From Dehalococcoidia bacterium (GTDB lineage Bacteria > Chloroflexota > Dehalococcoidia > Lucifugimonadales > VXLM01): a stretch of DNA of 64,000 nt. The position numbers were made by a program, and so were the translations under genes. Shown here piece by piece: positions 63,128 through 64,000 of the stretch. The stretch covers positions 2,172,423 to 2,236,422 of the forward strand of contig CBDDPU010000004.1 of NCBI GenBank assembly GCA_965232435.1. Direction: 5' to 3'. How positions within the stretch are numbered: position 1 is the stretch's first letter; each line of letters opens with the position of its first letter. The notes under the pieces are model-generated. The model had not been told where the DNA came from. It saw only the letters and a program-made list of their open reading frames with translations, and ran no database searches.

Positions 63128-64000
63128 ATGGCACACCCTCTCGATACGAAGACGATCGGGAACACCGGCCTGCGAGTCACAAGACTCGGCATAGGCGGCG
63201 CTCCCATCGGCAGTCTGTTCCGCACAGTGAGCGATGACGACGCGATCGCAGCCGTCAGGCGAGGGTTGGAACTGGGCCTCAATTACGTCGATACGGCCCC
63301 TCTCTACGGGCACGGCATCAGCGAAATACGCTTGGGCCGCGCACTGCATGGTCTCCCCCGTGACAGTTTCGTTCTGTCGACGAAGGTCGGCCGCGTGCTC
63401 AAGCTGGTGGACACCCCACCGGTCGATCCACATTTTCAGTCGCTCCCCAATTTACAACCGGTCTTTGACTACAGCCGAGACGGCATCCTGCGTTCCCTGG
63501 AAGACAGCCTCCAACGTCTGGAACTCGACCGCGTAGACATCGCCTACATCCACGACGCCGACGCCCATTGGGAACCGGCCATCGGCGAGGCATATCCGAC
63601 CTTGGTCGAACTGAAATCTCAAGGTGTCATCAAGGCGATAGGCGTCGGCATGAACCAATGGGAAATGGAGGCGCGTTTCGCCCGCGAGGGGAACTTCGAC
63701 TGCTTCCTCCTAGCGGGACGCTACACCCTGCTCGACCAATCGAGCCTTGCTGAGCTCCTGCCCTTGTGCAAGGAAAAGAGCGTGAGCGTCGTCATCGGCG
63801 GGCCGTATAACTCAGGCATATTGGCGTCGAACTTAGACCACGGGGTCACGTACGACTACGAAACCGCGCCAACAGATATTATCGAGAAGGCCCGCAGGAT
63901 TAAAGACGTATGCGACCGGTACGACGTTCCACTCAAGGCGGCCGCCCTGCGGTTTGGTCTACTGCATCCCGCAGTCGTGACTGCGATACCCGGCCCCCGC
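63128..64000 (+). CDS. Aldo/keto reductase (3' end outside window)
   Basis: Not in the ORF track because it has no stop within the window. Translates as MAHPLDTKTIGNTGLRVTRLGIGGAPIG...LNYVDTAPLYGHG.SE..LG.AL....RDSFVLSTKVGR. An alternative in-frame ATG lies at 63119. Confidence 0.8.
   Translation, partial: MAHPLDTKTIGNTGLRVTRLGIGGAPIGSLFRTVSDDDAIAAVRRGLELGLNYVDTAPLYGHGISEIRLGRALHGLPRDSFVLSTKVGRVLKLVDTPPVDPHFQSLPNLQPVFDYSRDGILRSLEDSLQRLELDRVDIAYIHDADAHWEPAIGEAYPTLVELKSQGVIKAIGVGMNQWEMEARFAREGNFDCFLLAGRYTLLDQSSLAELLPLCKEKSVSVVIGGPYNSGILASNLDHGVTYDYETAPTDIIEKARRIKDVCDRYDVPLKAAALRFGLLHPAVVTAIPGPR

Overview
GC-rich (high-50s % by eye, not computed), gene-dense bacterial chromosomal segment with about 60 protein-coding genes. 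I found no rRNA, tRNA, CRISPR array, transposase, integrase or reverse transcriptase.

Backbone: housekeeping genes (rpsN, rtcB, recA, secDF, cca, def, a ccdA-like gene, ispDF-cysS and a sufB-C-D-U-rrf2-S-U cluster). They are interleaved with many enzyme-family paralogs: CocE/NonD hydrolase, Gfo/Idh/MocA oxidoreductase, three amidohydrolases, three aldo/keto reductases, a TPP enzyme, a lactonase, a cupin and two GH32-like propellers. This gene content resembles marine Chloroflexota (SAR202-like), but that is inference only.

Most unusual content:
1. A minus-strand operon (17.1-23.9 kb) encoding a signal-less DUF1501, a W-rich orphan and a tandemly duplicated [DUF1800 + NHL propeller] module. 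It is followed by a small protein with an R-S-E ADP-ribosyltransferase-like motif set and a duplicated RFTDNPF motif.
2. A lipoprotein built from five tandem Cache-like domains, encoded by 387-bp repeats that are near-identical at DNA level.
3. A translationally coupled pair of thymidylate-kinase-like genes, one with a Lys-to-Arg P-loop.
4. A DUF1643 gene wedged between sufB and sufC, plus two SufU paralogs and an Rrf2 regulator inside the suf cluster.
5. hicAB, then a ~370-nt non-coding region with a candidate promoter and a strong intrinsic terminator, then an orphan rtcB.

Several small repeats and palindromes in promoter regions are also listed. All functional calls rest on motif recognition by eye; no database search was possible.
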